Positions 47,437 to 57,451 of a stretch of DNA of 64,000 nucleotides are shown piece after piece. Source of the DNA: an uncultured Bacillota bacterium (GTDB lineage: Bacteria > Sysuimicrobiota > Sysuimicrobiia > Sysuimicrobiales > Segetimicrobiaceae). The notes under the pieces are model-generated. The model searched no databases. It had not been told where the DNA came from and was given only the letters and a program-made list of their open reading frames with translations. Position numbers and translations under genes: made by a program. The first letter of the stretch is position 1; each line of letters starts with the position of its first letter. Location: assembly GCA_963804645.1 (NCBI GenBank), contig CAWDRG010000015.1, forward strand, positions 1 through 64,000. Reading direction: 5' to 3'.

Positions 47437-49320
47437 TTATCGGTCAGGAGGTCGAATGAGCTGCATGGCGATGGCGCGCAACAGCTTCGTGCCGTCGATG
47501 CTACCCCACCCCGTGCACGCGTCCCACCCTTTCCTCGCTTGGTAGTAGGGTGACTTCGGCGTGTCTGCGGAATCGTTGTCGCCATAGGTGACGTCATTGA
47601 ATGGTGACATCGTGGTGTCGCTGCCCAGCTGATACAGCGTTGGGTTGAGGGGACCGAGCGGCATCCCAACGGCATTTTGCAGCACCGCGGTGAGCCCGGC
47701 ATAGAGCGGTGCGACACAGCTCGTCCCGATGAAAGTATACTCTATACCGTTTACGAAGAACCCGCTGTAGGCGACCATGCCGGCGACATCGGGCACGCCT
47801 CGGCCCTTGTGGAGATTGTTGGCGGAATCGACAACCTTAATCCCGGCCGTAGTTTGGTATTCAGGGGCTTGGAATATCTTGCTGACACCGCCGCCGGTCG
47901 CGCCGAAATCTGAGTCAGCGTCACCGAAGTCGGACCCCGTGCTGGTGTGCGCGTCGCTCCAGACGAATTCGTCGAAGCTGAGCGGCGGGCCATTGCGCAC
48001 GTTGCCGACGATCGTGCCGCCGCAGGAGGTGACCCAGGGATCGCCGCCCGGATAGCTCACATGGGCGTTGCCGTCCGTCACCCCGTCATCCGCGCCCCAG
48101 TCGCCCACACCAACGAAGACATTGATACCGCACATCGCGAGCTGTTTGAACAGTGTGCTCATGACGAAGGCGAGCGAGGCGGGCTTGTCGGCCAAACCGC
48201 ATTCGTTGGGGTCGTCGCTATAGTACAGGAGCCAGCTACAGGTGACGACGGTCGGCTGTTTCTCGTCTTCGGGGAGCAGCACGCGGTTGAGGAAAACGAG
48301 CCAACCCTGCTCGGAGTCCTCGGTGAAATAGACGTTGACCGTCGCGCCCTGCGCGATCGTCGCGGAGGTCGCGATATCCTGCGTCAGCTCGGTGATCCAG
48401 TAGTACGGGAATAAATTCCAGTTGGCCGGGCTGGCCTGTTGCACATTGGTTGGGTTGTTCAAGAATATTTTGTCGTTGCCGAATTGGTCTCTGCCGACCT
48501 GCAGATTCACGTCGTGGATCAAGGCCGGCGCGGTCTGGTAGCCTACTTCCAAGCTGGGAAAGTAGTGATCGGTGAGGTCGGGGGCGAAATAGCTGGCGCC
48601 CTCGCCCGGCCTCTTTTGTGGCGCGATCACGCCGATGGTTTGATTGGCTGTGCGGGACCTGGGGAAGTTGTAGATGTGCGCAAGTCTTGGGACCGAAAGG
48701 TAGCCGGAACGGGAGGGGTCGTTGGTGCCATCCGGCCCACTGATGCTGATGGCCCGGTCGTCGAGCCCGATCACGGCCGTGACGTACAGGGCAATTTGCA
48801 ACGGCACGGATACCGGGCCGTGATAACCGTGACGCCAGGACGGCACCACCTGCTCCTGTGTCGTCGCGCCCGGTTGTTTCGTCGTTGCCTTTGCGTGGGT
48901 GCCGCGCGGCGTTCTCGGAAACTTGAGTTCGTACCAGATCAGCACGATGCGGAAGAAGTGGTTCATCTGCCCCGCGGTGCCGTGCACGCTGACGTTGCGC
49001 CGTCCCGCGTCCTGGGTGAGCACGGTCATTCCGTACGCATTCACGAAATCGACCACTGCTTTCACATCGTCTTCCGCCGCCCCGAATTTCTGCCTATATT
49101 CACTGGGCGAGAGGAAGCGGCGCTCGGCCAGCGGTGTGTTCTGCCAATACGCGAGGTCTCGCAGCGGTTGGCTGCCTGGTCGTTGGCGAATGACGAGGGA
49201 GACTGTTAGTTGATAGTCCAGGGGAAGTGGCACGTTGGCATCGACGGCGATGGGACGCTCGCTTCCGGCGAGTTCTTGCCAGTCGAGGATTGGAACCAAG
49301 CCGTTTGGCCCCGCAGCCAT
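47437..49320 (-). CDS. S53 (sedolisin/kumamolisin) peptidase with pro-domain
   Basis: Pro-domain (FGA..DDV..V..F); ELTQD, GDWG, GATGGGVS, RGVPDVA, GTSCVAPLYAG, WDACTGWGS; AAGGAG RBS. Confidence 0.9.
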   Translation of the reverse strand: MAAGPNGLVPILDWQELAGSERPIAVDANVPLPLDYQLTVSLVIRQRPGSQPLRDLAYWQNTPLAERRFLSPSEYRQKFGAAEDDVKAVVDFVNAYGMTVLTQDAGRRNVSVHGTAGQMNHFFRIVLIWYELKFPRTPRGTHAKATTKQPGATTQEQVVPSWRHGYHGPVSVPLQIALYVTAVIGLDDRAISISGPDGTNDPSRSGYLSVPRLAHIYNFPRSRTANQTIGVIAPQKRPGEGASYFAPDLTDHYFPSLEVGYQTAPALIHDVNLQVGRDQFGNDKIFLNNPTNVQQASPANWNLFPYYWITELTQDIATSATIAQGATVNVYFTEDSEQGWLVFLNRVLLPEDEKQPTVVTCSWLLYYSDDPNECGLADKPASLAFVMSTLFKQLAMCGINVFVGVGDWGADDGVTDGNAHVSYPGGDPWVTSCGGTIVGNVRNGPPLSFDEFVWSDAHTSTGSDFGDADSDFGATGGGVSKIFQAPEYQTTAGIKVVDSANNLHKGRGVPDVAGMVAYSGFFVNGIEYTFIGTSCVAPLYAGLTAVLQNAVGMPLGPLNPTLYQLGSDTTMSPFNDVTYGDNDSADTPKSPYYQARKGWDACTGWGSIDGTKLLRAIAMQLIRPPDR

Positions 49321-49652
49321 GATGACGCTCCTTATGGAGATCGTTTGTCTATAGGTTGCGGTCACGGGCACGGTAATAGGCGCGTGCCCGAGCCGTTGTG
49401 CCGGTACTATTCTTGAACTTACAACACGAAGCGGCAAGAATTAGTGGAACAGCAACGGCCTACACGCGCGCCGCCCAGATGGCCGGGCTACCCTCATCTA
49501 CAAGGGAGTTCGACTTGGTGGCCGGTGCCGAACCCGACCCGGAACAACGTCTGCGATGCTCTGCACGTCTTCACGGTAACTCCGGCATCAGCGTCGCGAC
49601 CGCGGTTGGGCGCCGCTCAGCGGTCCGCGCACGGTCTCTCTCCGGTGCGCCG

Positions 49653-50069
49653 CTACGGAAGAGCGGCAAGGGAAGCTGCGAGCAGGTTAGACGCGACGCG
49701 GGCGGCCCGCCGGACCATTTCGTGGTAGCCTGCGCTGCTGGTGGGCGCCGTAAGCGCCGCATCCATTAGATCTATCGCGGCCTGTACAAACTTCGCCGCA
49801 TCGTCAGCCCCATCATGTCCAGCGTCGTGCGCTTTCTTGAGCGCGGGAAGAATTCCGACTTTGACATTCGTAGGGTCGAGTCCCAGACCGAGCTCTCCTG
49901 CCTCCTCCTTGAAACGGGCTATGTCCTCCCTACCCACCAGCATGTTTTGCATACTGTGGCCGAGCGACCTCACAATCTGCTCGGGCGCGTCGTTTCCGAT
50001 CTGATTGGCGATGTCGATCGCTTTCTTGACCTGATGGTACGGTAGGCTCCTCCCCGTTGCATCGCCCAC
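49653..50069 (-). CDS. Hypothetical helical protein
   Basis: GTG start with GGGGGTGAGG RBS about 33 nt after the STAND gene stop. Confidence 0.62.
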   Translation of the reverse strand: MGDATGRSLPYHQVKKAIDIANQIGNDAPEQIVRSLGHSMQNMLVGREDIARFKEEAGELGLGLDPTNVKVGILPALKKAHDAGHDGADDAAKFVQAAIDLMDAALTAPTSSAGYHEMVRRAARVASNLLAASLAALP

Positions 50070-50102
50070 GTCCTCACCCCCCGTAGTTCTTCTTTGAGCG
50101 TG

Positions 50103-52733
50103 CTACAGTCGTCTTCGCGCCTCACGGACGGCTTCGTCCAGCGTCATGGCACCTCCCTCGGCCCACGCGGCTGAAAACGCATCGTCCCCAAGTTCAGCGC
50201 GCGCCGCGCTGATCTGCCGATCGTACGGGCGATCCGCCGGAGGCAACAGTGCCCTGAGGGATTGCCGCAGGGCGTTCGCCGCTCCAAACAGCAGCGCCGC
50301 AAGTCTGGCTTGCCCCTGCGCGCCCGCCAGCCACGCAAATCCTTCCAGAGCATACGCGATGCCGCGCTCGTCGCCCAACTCCTGGCGGAGCACGAGACTT
50401 TCGTCAAAGAGCGACCGCGCCGACTGATACTCGGCCCTGTTGCAGGCAACAAATCCCAGGTTGACCAGGGCCATGGCGATGCCTTGCTTGTCGCCGCGCT
50501 CACGATAAATGGTCAGGCTCTCCTCAATCAACACAAGCGCCGTCTCATAGTCTGCCTGACGGTAGGCGAGACGCCCGAGGTTGTGGAGGGAGGCGGCGAT
50601 CCCCCAAATATCCTCCAGCCGGCGCCTGATGGCGAGGCTTTCCTCAAAGAATGCGCGTGCGGACGCGTATGCACCCTGTCCGGCGGCCACCATCCCCAAG
50701 CCGTTGAGCGTGAAGGCAACACCCGCGTCGTTCCCAACCTCGCGCCACAGATCCAGTGCCTGCTTATAGAAGTGCTCGCCGGCGGCGAAGTCGCTCTGGC
50801 CAAAGACCGCGAGACTGCCGGCCCCCTGCAGCGCCTTTGCACGGACGGCGCTTGCCACATGATCGCCCCCGCGTGCCAGGGTCTCCACCCATTTCCGGCC
50901 TTCGTCGAAGTGTCCGCGGATGTACCAAAATCGCCACACCGCGCCGGCGATCCGCACCCCCGCCTCAATGTTGTTGCTGGTGCTCGCCCATTCCATCGCC
51001 GCGCGCAGGTTATCGTGCTCAGCGGTGAGGCGCTCCACCCAGTTCGTTTGCTGGGCGCCCACCAATTCGGGTTCCGCAGATTCGGCCAGCGCCACATACC
51101 AGTCGAGATGCCGTCTTCTCGCTGCTTCTTCCTCTCCGGCCTCGGAGAGTCGCTCCCGACCGTACTGCACGATGGTTTCAAGACATCGATAACGAATGCG
51201 CCCGCGCTCCTCATCGGCGAAGATCCACGATTTGAACGTGAGGTGTGTCAGCAGATCCATCGCATCTTGCGCGCGTACGTGACTGCCTTCGCAGATCGCC
51301 TCCGCCGCATCCAGCGTCCAGCCTCCGGCGAAGATCGATAAACGCCGCAGAGTGGCTTGCTCCGGCACCGACAGCAGATGGTATCCCCAGTCCATCGCCG
51401 CTCGGAGCGTCTGCTGCCTCGGCAAGGCCGTCCGGCTTCCTCGTGTGAGCAGGCGGAAGCAGTCGCCCAGGCGCACCGCAATTTCCTCAACCGGCAGCGT
51501 CGGGACCCTTGCGGCGGCGAGCTCAATCGCGAGCGGTATCCCGTCGAGCCGCTGGCACACGTCCGCGACGGCGCGAGCGTTTTCCGGCGTGAGCGCAAAA
51601 TTCTGCTGGACGGCCGCGGCCCGCTCAACGAACAGACGGACCGCTTCATATTCCATGAGGGCGTCCAGGGACGGCAGCTGCCGTGGGTCGGGGAAGGACA
51701 GCGACGGCACCCGCCACACAGTTTCCCCCAGAACGTCCAGGGGCTCCCGGCTGGTGGCGAGCACGCGCAGGCCCGGGCAGGCCTGCAGCAGCGCCACCGC
51801 GAGCGTCGCACACGCGTCGACAAGGTGCTCGCAGTTGTCGAGGACCAACAGCATCTGTTTGGAGCGCAGGTCATCCATCAGAACCGTCTGAAGTGAATGA
51901 CCGGGGGCTTCTCGAAGATCGAGCGCCGCCGCCACAGTCGGCAGCACGAGGGCCGGATCGGACAGGGCTGCCAATTCCACGAACAGCACGCCATCCGGGT
52001 ATTCCTCGAGTACGGCCGCGGCCGTCGCGAGGCTCATCCGCGTTTTCCCGCACCCGCCCGATCCGGTGACGGTCAGCAGCCGGGTCGAGGCGAGGAGTCG
52101 TCTGACATCGGCAAGTTCACGCTCGCGTCCCACAAAGCTGCTGAGCAGCCAAGGCAAAATCTGTCTGCCGTTGAGCTGGGACCGGAGCGGCGGGAAGTCC
52201 GCGGGCAGACTCGGATGCAGTACCTGGAAGATTCGCTCAGGCTCCCGCAGGTCTTTGAGACGATGCCGCCCCAAGTTGCGCAGGCTCGCGCCGCCGGGCA
52301 AATTGCGGACGACGAGCAGCGCGGTGGCCTCCGAAAGGAGAATTTGTCCGCCGTACCCCGCCGCGCAAATGCGCGCCGCGCGATTCACATCGAGCCCGAC
52401 GTAGTCCGTCATCCCGGGCATGGGCTCTCCGGTGTGCAGTCCCATTCGCGTCCGGAGGACCAGCCCCGACGGCCACGCATGCGCCATCAACGCGCGCTGC
52501 GCCGCGATCGCTGCGGCGACGCCGTCCTGCGCACGGCGGAACACGACCAGGAAACCGTCTCCACGGCTGCTGATCTCTTCCGCGGCGGCGGCCTCGAACG
52601 CCGCACGCAGGTGGCGGTCGTGCGCGGCGCTGGCTTCCATAAAAACCGCGTCTCCTAGTTGCTGCAGGAGTTCGGTGGATCCCTCAAGGTCTGTAAAGAG
52701 GAAGGTACGTGTGCCGGAGAGCCGCCTTGACAT
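50103..52733 (-). CDS. Adenylate/guanylate cyclase + STAND (NB-ARC-like) ATPase + TPR protein
   Basis: FLFTDLEGST, GDG, RMGLHTG; GSGGCGKT, LLVLDNCE, TSRE, GIPLAIELAA; TPR repeats. Confidence 0.9.
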   Translation of the reverse strand: MSRRLSGTRTFLFTDLEGSTELLQQLGDAVFMEASAAHDRHLRAAFEAAAAEEISSRGDGFLVVFRRAQDGVAAAIAAQRALMAHAWPSGLVLRTRMGLHTGEPMPGMTDYVGLDVNRAARICAAGYGGQILLSEATALLVVRNLPGGASLRNLGRHRLKDLREPERIFQVLHPSLPADFPPLRSQLNGRQILPWLLSSFVGRERELADVRRLLASTRLLTVTGSGGCGKTRMSLATAAAVLEEYPDGVLFVELAALSDPALVLPTVAAALDLREAPGHSLQTVLMDDLRSKQMLLVLDNCEHLVDACATLAVALLQACPGLRVLATSREPLDVLGETVWRVPSLSFPDPRQLPSLDALMEYEAVRLFVERAAAVQQNFALTPENARAVADVCQRLDGIPLAIELAAARVPTLPVEEIAVRLGDCFRLLTRGSRTALPRQQTLRAAMDWGYHLLSVPEQATLRRLSIFAGGWTLDAAEAICEGSHVRAQDAMDLLTHLTFKSWIFADEERGRIRYRCLETIVQYGRERLSEAGEEEAARRRHLDWYVALAESAEPELVGAQQTNWVERLTAEHDNLRAAMEWASTSNNIEAGVRIAGAVWRFWYIRGHFDEGRKWVETLARGGDHVASAVRAKALQGAGSLAVFGQSDFAAGEHFYKQALDLWREVGNDAGVAFTLNGLGMVAAGQGAYASARAFFEESLAIRRRLEDIWGIAASLHNLGRLAYRQADYETALVLIEESLTIYRERGDKQGIAMALVNLGFVACNRAEYQSARSLFDESLVLRQELGDERGIAYALEGFAWLAGAQGQARLAALLFGAANALRQSLRALLPPADRPYDRQISAARAELGDDAFSAAWAEGGAMTLDEAVREARRRL

Positions 52734-52917
52734 CCGCGCCCTCCCCCAACTGCCACGCATCGCCATTGAATGTGCTGGCTTGCGGATGGTGTTCAACGGG
52801 TCCGTTGACACTCCTTCCCGCACCGGGATCCGCCGCGGCCAGCCGCATCGCAGGCCTGTCGTCGCCGTTCGCACCCGGGGCGGTGTCGCAATGATACCGG
52901 ACCCCGCCGGACACGGC

Positions 52918-52933
52918 CGTGATTCACATCACA
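52918..52933. promoter_or_regulatory. CRP/FNR-family-like binding site
   Basis: CGTGA-TTCACA-TCACA, 9/10 match to TGTGA-N6-TCACA, in the divergent STAND/htrA intergenic region. Confidence 0.45.
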
Positions 52934-53062
52934 ATCTGAGGGCGGCGTCCCCGGAACGCCGCGCGGGGGCGCCTGGAGGAACGCACCTCCCTGCGGGCGG
53001 CTGGAGGGGGATGCCGGGATGTCCGGTGCGGGGAACCCTGCCGGGTGCCCGGATTTCGGGAA

Positions 53063-53071
53063 TGCTATAAT
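53063..53071 (+). promoter_or_regulatory. Extended -10 promoter element for htrA
   Basis: TGCTATAAT. Confidence 0.65.
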
Positions 53072-53107
53072 AAGGAACGCCCGACGATGTCAAGGAGGGA
53101 TCGCAGC

Positions 53108-54319
53108 ATGGCAACGCAGCCCACGGCCCCGCGCCGGCCCGGCGGAGTCGCGTACCCGGGAGTGGTGTGGTTGGTGTTGGTGGCCGTGGCGGCCGGCGCG
53201 CTGCTCGGGGGCATGGTGCTGCCCCGGTACGTGAACGTGCAGTCGATGCTGCCGCAGGTGTCTCCGCCGCTCAGCCCCCACGCGGTGCCGCCCGCCGGCG
53301 GCGGGACCGCGCCCGTGCCGCCGGGCGCCCCGACGCCCAACGCCGCCGTGCTGCCGGTGCCGCCCCAAGGCAGCGGGCTGACGCCCGAGGAGTCGGTGGT
53401 GATCAACGTCGTCAAGTCCGTCCGCCCCGCCGTCGTCAACATCAACACCGAGGCGCAGGTGCAGACGATGTTCGGCGCCTATCCCGAGCAGGGCGCCGGT
53501 TCGGGCGTGATCGTGCGGACGGACGGCTACGTGCTCACGAACAACCACGTGGTGGAGGGCGCGACCACGATCCGAGTCACGCTGGCTGGCGGGAAAACGC
53601 TGCCCGGGAAGGTCGTGGGGACCGATCCGTTCGCGGACCTCGCCGTTGTCAAGGTGGACTCTCCCGATCCGCTGCCTGCGGCGGCGCTCGGCAGCAGCAG
53701 CAACCTCCAGGTCGGGCAGCTCGCGATCGCGATCGGGAACCCGTTTGGATTGGGCAGCACCGTGACGACCGGCGTCGTGAGCGCGTTGAATCGGAGCATC
53801 CAGATGCCGAACATGATCGTGGAGAACCTGATCCAGACGTCGGCGCAGATCAATCCCGGGAACAGCGGCGGCGCGCTCGTCGACAGCAGCGGCCGCGTGA
53901 TCGGGATCAATACCGCGATCCTCCCGAACGCCCAGGGCATCGGGTTTGCGATCCCGAGCGACGTCGCGCGGGTCGAGATGGAGCAGTTGATCACGAAGGG
54001 GCAGGTCGTCCGCCCGTGGGTGGGCGTGGACTACGGCGGCGAGATCGACCCGCAGGTGGCCAAAGCCTATAACCTCAACACCGACCACGGGATGCTCGTG
54101 CGCGGCGTCGAGCCGGGGTCGCCCGCGGCCAAGGCCGGGCTGCAGCCGAACGACATCATCACCGAGGTCTCGGGACAGCCCGTCACCAGCTGGAACGACT
54201 TTGTGCAGACGATCATCGGGAAGAAGATCGGCGACACGGTCACGCTGACGTACATACGCGACGGCGCGACCCACAAGGTCTCGGTCACCCTGACCGAACG
54301 GCCGGCAGAAACGCACTAA
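53108..54319 (+). CDS. htrA: HtrA/DegP serine protease with one PDZ domain
   Basis: TM anchor; LTNNHV, DLAV, GNPFG, INPGNSGG; PDZ. Confidence 0.93.
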   Translation: MATQPTAPRRPGGVAYPGVVWLVLVAVAAGALLGGMVLPRYVNVQSMLPQVSPPLSPHAVPPAGGGTAPVPPGAPTPNAAVLPVPPQGSGLTPEESVVINVVKSVRPAVVNINTEAQVQTMFGAYPEQGAGSGVIVRTDGYVLTNNHVVEGATTIRVTLAGGKTLPGKVVGTDPFADLAVVKVDSPDPLPAAALGSSSNLQVGQLAIAIGNPFGLGSTVTTGVVSALNRSIQMPNMIVENLIQTSAQINPGNSGGALVDSSGRVIGINTAILPNAQGIGFAIPSDVARVEMEQLITKGQVVRPWVGVDYGGEIDPQVAKAYNLNTDHGMLVRGVEPGSPAAKAGLQPNDIITEVSGQPVTSWNDFVQTIIGKKIGDTVTLTYIRDGATHKVSVTLTERPAETH

Positions 54320-54356
54320 CGTGCCCGGCCCGGCGGATGGCGCGAAAGGGGAAGGC

Positions 54357-55325
54357 ATGGAGCGGACGCTCGCGATCGACGTCGTGACCGTGACCGAGGC
54401 CGCGGCGATGGCCGCCGCCCACCACATGGGCGAGGGGGACAACGACCGCGCCGACCAGGCTGCGGTGACGGCGATGCGCGACACGCTGGGGCGGCTGCCG
54501 ATCCACGGCCGCATCGTGATCGGGGAGGGGGAGCGGGACGAGGCCCCGATGCTGTTCATCGGGGAGGAGGTCGGCACCGGCCGCGGGTTCGACGTCGACA
54601 TCGCCGTCGATCCGGTGGAGGGCACCAACCTCGTCGCCAAGGGCCAGCCCAACTCGATCGCCATTCTCGCGATCTCCGAGCGCGGCGGGATTCTCCACGC
54701 GCCGGACATTTACATGGAGAAGCTGATCGTCCCGCCGCAGGCGGCCGGCAAGGTCGATCTCCGGTGGCCTCCCGAGCGCAACCTCCAGGTCCTGGCCGAC
54801 GTGCTCGACCGCCGGGTGACGGACATCACGGTCGTGATTCTCGACCGGCCCCGGCACGCCGATCTGATCAAGGCGGTGCGCCGCACCGGGGCGCGGATCA
54901 AGCTGATCTCGGACGGCGACACCGCGCCCGCGATCTCGGTCGCCGTCTCCGGCACGGGCGTGCACGCGGTGATGGGCATCGGGGGGGCGCCCGAGGGCGT
55001 GCTCGCCGCGGCCGCGCTGCGCTGTCTCGGCGGTGAGATGCAGGGGCGCCTGTGGTATCGGAACGAGGAGGAGCGGGAGCGCACCAAGAGCATGGGCATC
55101 AGCGATCCCGACCGGATCTTCCGGACCGAGGAGCTGGTGCGCGGCACCAACATCGTCTTCGCCGCGACCGGGATCACCGACGGCGACCTGTTCCGCGGCG
55201 TCCGGCTGTTCGGCGGCGGCGTCCGCACGCACTCCCTGATGATGACCTCGGCGACGCGCGAGATTCGCTTCGTCGACACCATCCACATTCAGGACCCGGC
55301 CCGGATCGGTGTCGTCCGGCTGTAG
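54357..55325 (+). CDS. glpX: Class II fructose-1,6-bisphosphatase
   Basis: IGEGERDEAPML, VDPVEGT, APDIYMEK, GIGGAPEGV. Confidence 0.95.
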   Translation: MERTLAIDVVTVTEAAAMAAAHHMGEGDNDRADQAAVTAMRDTLGRLPIHGRIVIGEGERDEAPMLFIGEEVGTGRGFDVDIAVDPVEGTNLVAKGQPNSIAILAISERGGILHAPDIYMEKLIVPPQAAGKVDLRWPPERNLQVLADVLDRRVTDITVVILDRPRHADLIKAVRRTGARIKLISDGDTAPAISVAVSGTGVHAVMGIGGAPEGVLAAAALRCLGGEMQGRLWYRNEEERERTKSMGISDPDRIFRTEELVRGTNIVFAATGITDGDLFRGVRLFGGGVRTHSLMMTSATREIRFVDTIHIQDPARIGVVRL

Positions 55326-55376
55326 GACCGCGCCCGGCGGCGGGCGCGGCGCCACGCGGGCCCGGCGGCCGGCCCG

Positions 55377-57047
55377 GTGATCACCCAGGAGCTGCGCGAG
55401 CTCGTGCGGGCGGCGGTGGACCGTGCGGTCGCCGCGGGCGACCTGCCGCCGATCCCCGATCCGATGCCGTCGTTCGAGGTCGCGCCGCCCCGCGACCCCC
55501 GGCACGGCGACTACGCGACGAACGTGGCGCTGGTGCTGGCGAAACAGGTCGGCCGGCCGGCGCGAGACGTCGCCGCCATCGTCCTCCGCCACCTGGGCGT
55601 GCCGTCCGAGATGATCGCGCGCGCGGAATTGGCCGGCCCCGGCTTCGTTAACCTGTTTGTGGCGCCCGCGGTCATCCACCGGTGGCTCGGGCGCGTCCAC
55701 GCCGAGGACACGGCGTACGGCGGCACCGACGTGGGCCGCGGCCGCCGGGTCCTCGTGGAGTACGTCAGCGCCAACCCCACCGGGCCCCTCCACGTCGGCA
55801 CCGGTCGCAACGGGGCGGTCGGCGAGACGATTGCCCGTCTGCTGGAGGCGCTCGGCTTTCGGGTCTCCCGCGAATTCTACGTGAACGACTACGGCGCCCA
55901 GGTCGAGCTGCTCGCGCGGTCGGTCGAGGCACGGTATCTCGAGTTGTTGGGCCGCCCGTTCGAGGTCCCCGCGGACGGCTATCAGGGGGCGTACGTCGCG
56001 GAGATCGCGCAGCGGATCCTCGAGTCCGAGGGCCCCGGCCTGGCCGACGCCGGTGCGGCGCGCCTGCCGCGTATCCAGGAACTGGCCGTCCGCATGATGG
56101 TCGAGGAGATTCGCGAGAGCCTCGAAGAGTTCGGCATCCGGTTCGACACGTGGTTCAGCGAGCGGAGTCTGCACGACGGCGGCGCGGTCGGCCGGTGCCT
56201 CGAGGCGCTGCGGGCCCAGGACCTAGTCTATGAGGAGGACGGCGCGCTCTGGTTCCGGTCGACGCGATTCGGCGACGACAAGGACCGCGTGATCGTGCGC
56301 AGCGACGGGCGCCCGACGTATTTCGCCATCGACGTTCCCTACCACCTGGACAAATACGCGCGCGGGTTCGACCATCTGATCGACGTCTGGGGGGTCGACC
56401 ACGTCGGGGACGTCGCCCGCGTCCGAGGCGCGCTCGAGGCGCTCGGGCACGATCCGTCCACGTTCGAGGTTGTACTGTACCAGCACGTCAGGCTCCGCAA
56501 CGAGGGCGAAGCGGTGCGGATGAGCAAGCGCAGCGGGGATTTCGTCACGCTCCGCGACCTCGTCGAGAGCGTCGGGAAAGACGCCGCCCGCTACTTCTAT
56601 ATTATGGTAAGCTCGTCGGTGCCGATGGATTTCGATCTCGCGCTCGCCCGGCGCCAATCGTCCGAAAACCCAGTATACTACGTCCAGTACGCGCACGCGC
56701 GGATCTGCAGTATACTGAAAGAGGCGGAGCGTCTCGGCGTTCCCGCGCCGGCGCCGGGCGATGCCGATCTCGCGCGGCTGCAGGCGCCCGAGGAGTGGGC
56801 GCTGGCCAAGCGGGTGCTCGACCTGCCCGAGGTGGTCTACGCCGCCGGCACTCGCCGGGAACCTCAACGGCTGTGCGCGTACGCCCGGGAACTTGCAGAA
56901 GCGTTCCACGTATTCTATGGACAGTGCAGGGTCTTGACGGACGATCCGGCGCTGACCGCGGCCCGGCTCGTGCTCGTCGACGCAGTGCGCCGGGCGCTGC
57001 GGAACACGCTCGATCTTGCCGGGGTCACCGCCACGGAGCGAATGTAA
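55377..57047 (+). CDS. argS: Arginine--tRNA ligase
   Basis: GDYATN, AGPGFVN, VEYVSANPTGPLHVG, MSKR, NPVYYVQYAHARI. Confidence 0.96.
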   Translation: MITQELRELVRAAVDRAVAAGDLPPIPDPMPSFEVAPPRDPRHGDYATNVALVLAKQVGRPARDVAAIVLRHLGVPSEMIARAELAGPGFVNLFVAPAVIHRWLGRVHAEDTAYGGTDVGRGRRVLVEYVSANPTGPLHVGTGRNGAVGETIARLLEALGFRVSREFYVNDYGAQVELLARSVEARYLELLGRPFEVPADGYQGAYVAEIAQRILESEGPGLADAGAARLPRIQELAVRMMVEEIRESLEEFGIRFDTWFSERSLHDGGAVGRCLEALRAQDLVYEEDGALWFRSTRFGDDKDRVIVRSDGRPTYFAIDVPYHLDKYARGFDHLIDVWGVDHVGDVARVRGALEALGHDPSTFEVVLYQHVRLRNEGEAVRMSKRSGDFVTLRDLVESVGKDAARYFYIMVSSSVPMDFDLALARRQSSENPVYYVQYAHARICSILKEAERLGVPAPAPGDADLARLQAPEEWALAKRVLDLPEVVYAAGTRREPQRLCAYARELAEAFHVFYGQCRVLTDDPALTAARLVLVDAVRRALRNTLDLAGVTATERM

Positions 57048-57451
57048 CAGGACGGTCTCCACGCGCCCCTCGGGACGCGGCGGAGCGAGGAGAATCCGAT
57101 CGGGGAAAGAAGGAGTATAACGTATTGCAGAGAATACCGCGCGCAAGGTTCATGGCTCATCCCGCGTGTTGCCCAGTCGCGTGTGGGCCCGGTGCAGGTC
57201 GATCCGGGTAGCGCGGCTTCTGAGTCTGCGGAGGCCCCGAGCGCACGGCCCGTTTGTGTAGCCATCCTTCTGGCGATGTGCTCGCATGTTCCCCCATCCG
57301 GTCGTCATTGCGTGGTGTCCTCCTGACGCACTCGGCACCCTCCCGTGACGGCCGCGGCGGAGATGAGGTGGTTGAACGACGGAACAGCATTTAGGAAGAC
57401 CGCAGCGCCTCGGCGCGGCGCCGCTCGGCAGAGCTGAGGAGGGTTGAAGCG

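Noticed and set aside
47087..53060. att sites or direct repeats bounding the STAND/S53 island
   Set aside because: No convincing boundary repeats, integrase or tRNA found
57048..57451. Possible ncRNA in the long leader of the SLH gene
   Set aside because: No recognisable RNA family or clear long-range pairing by eye
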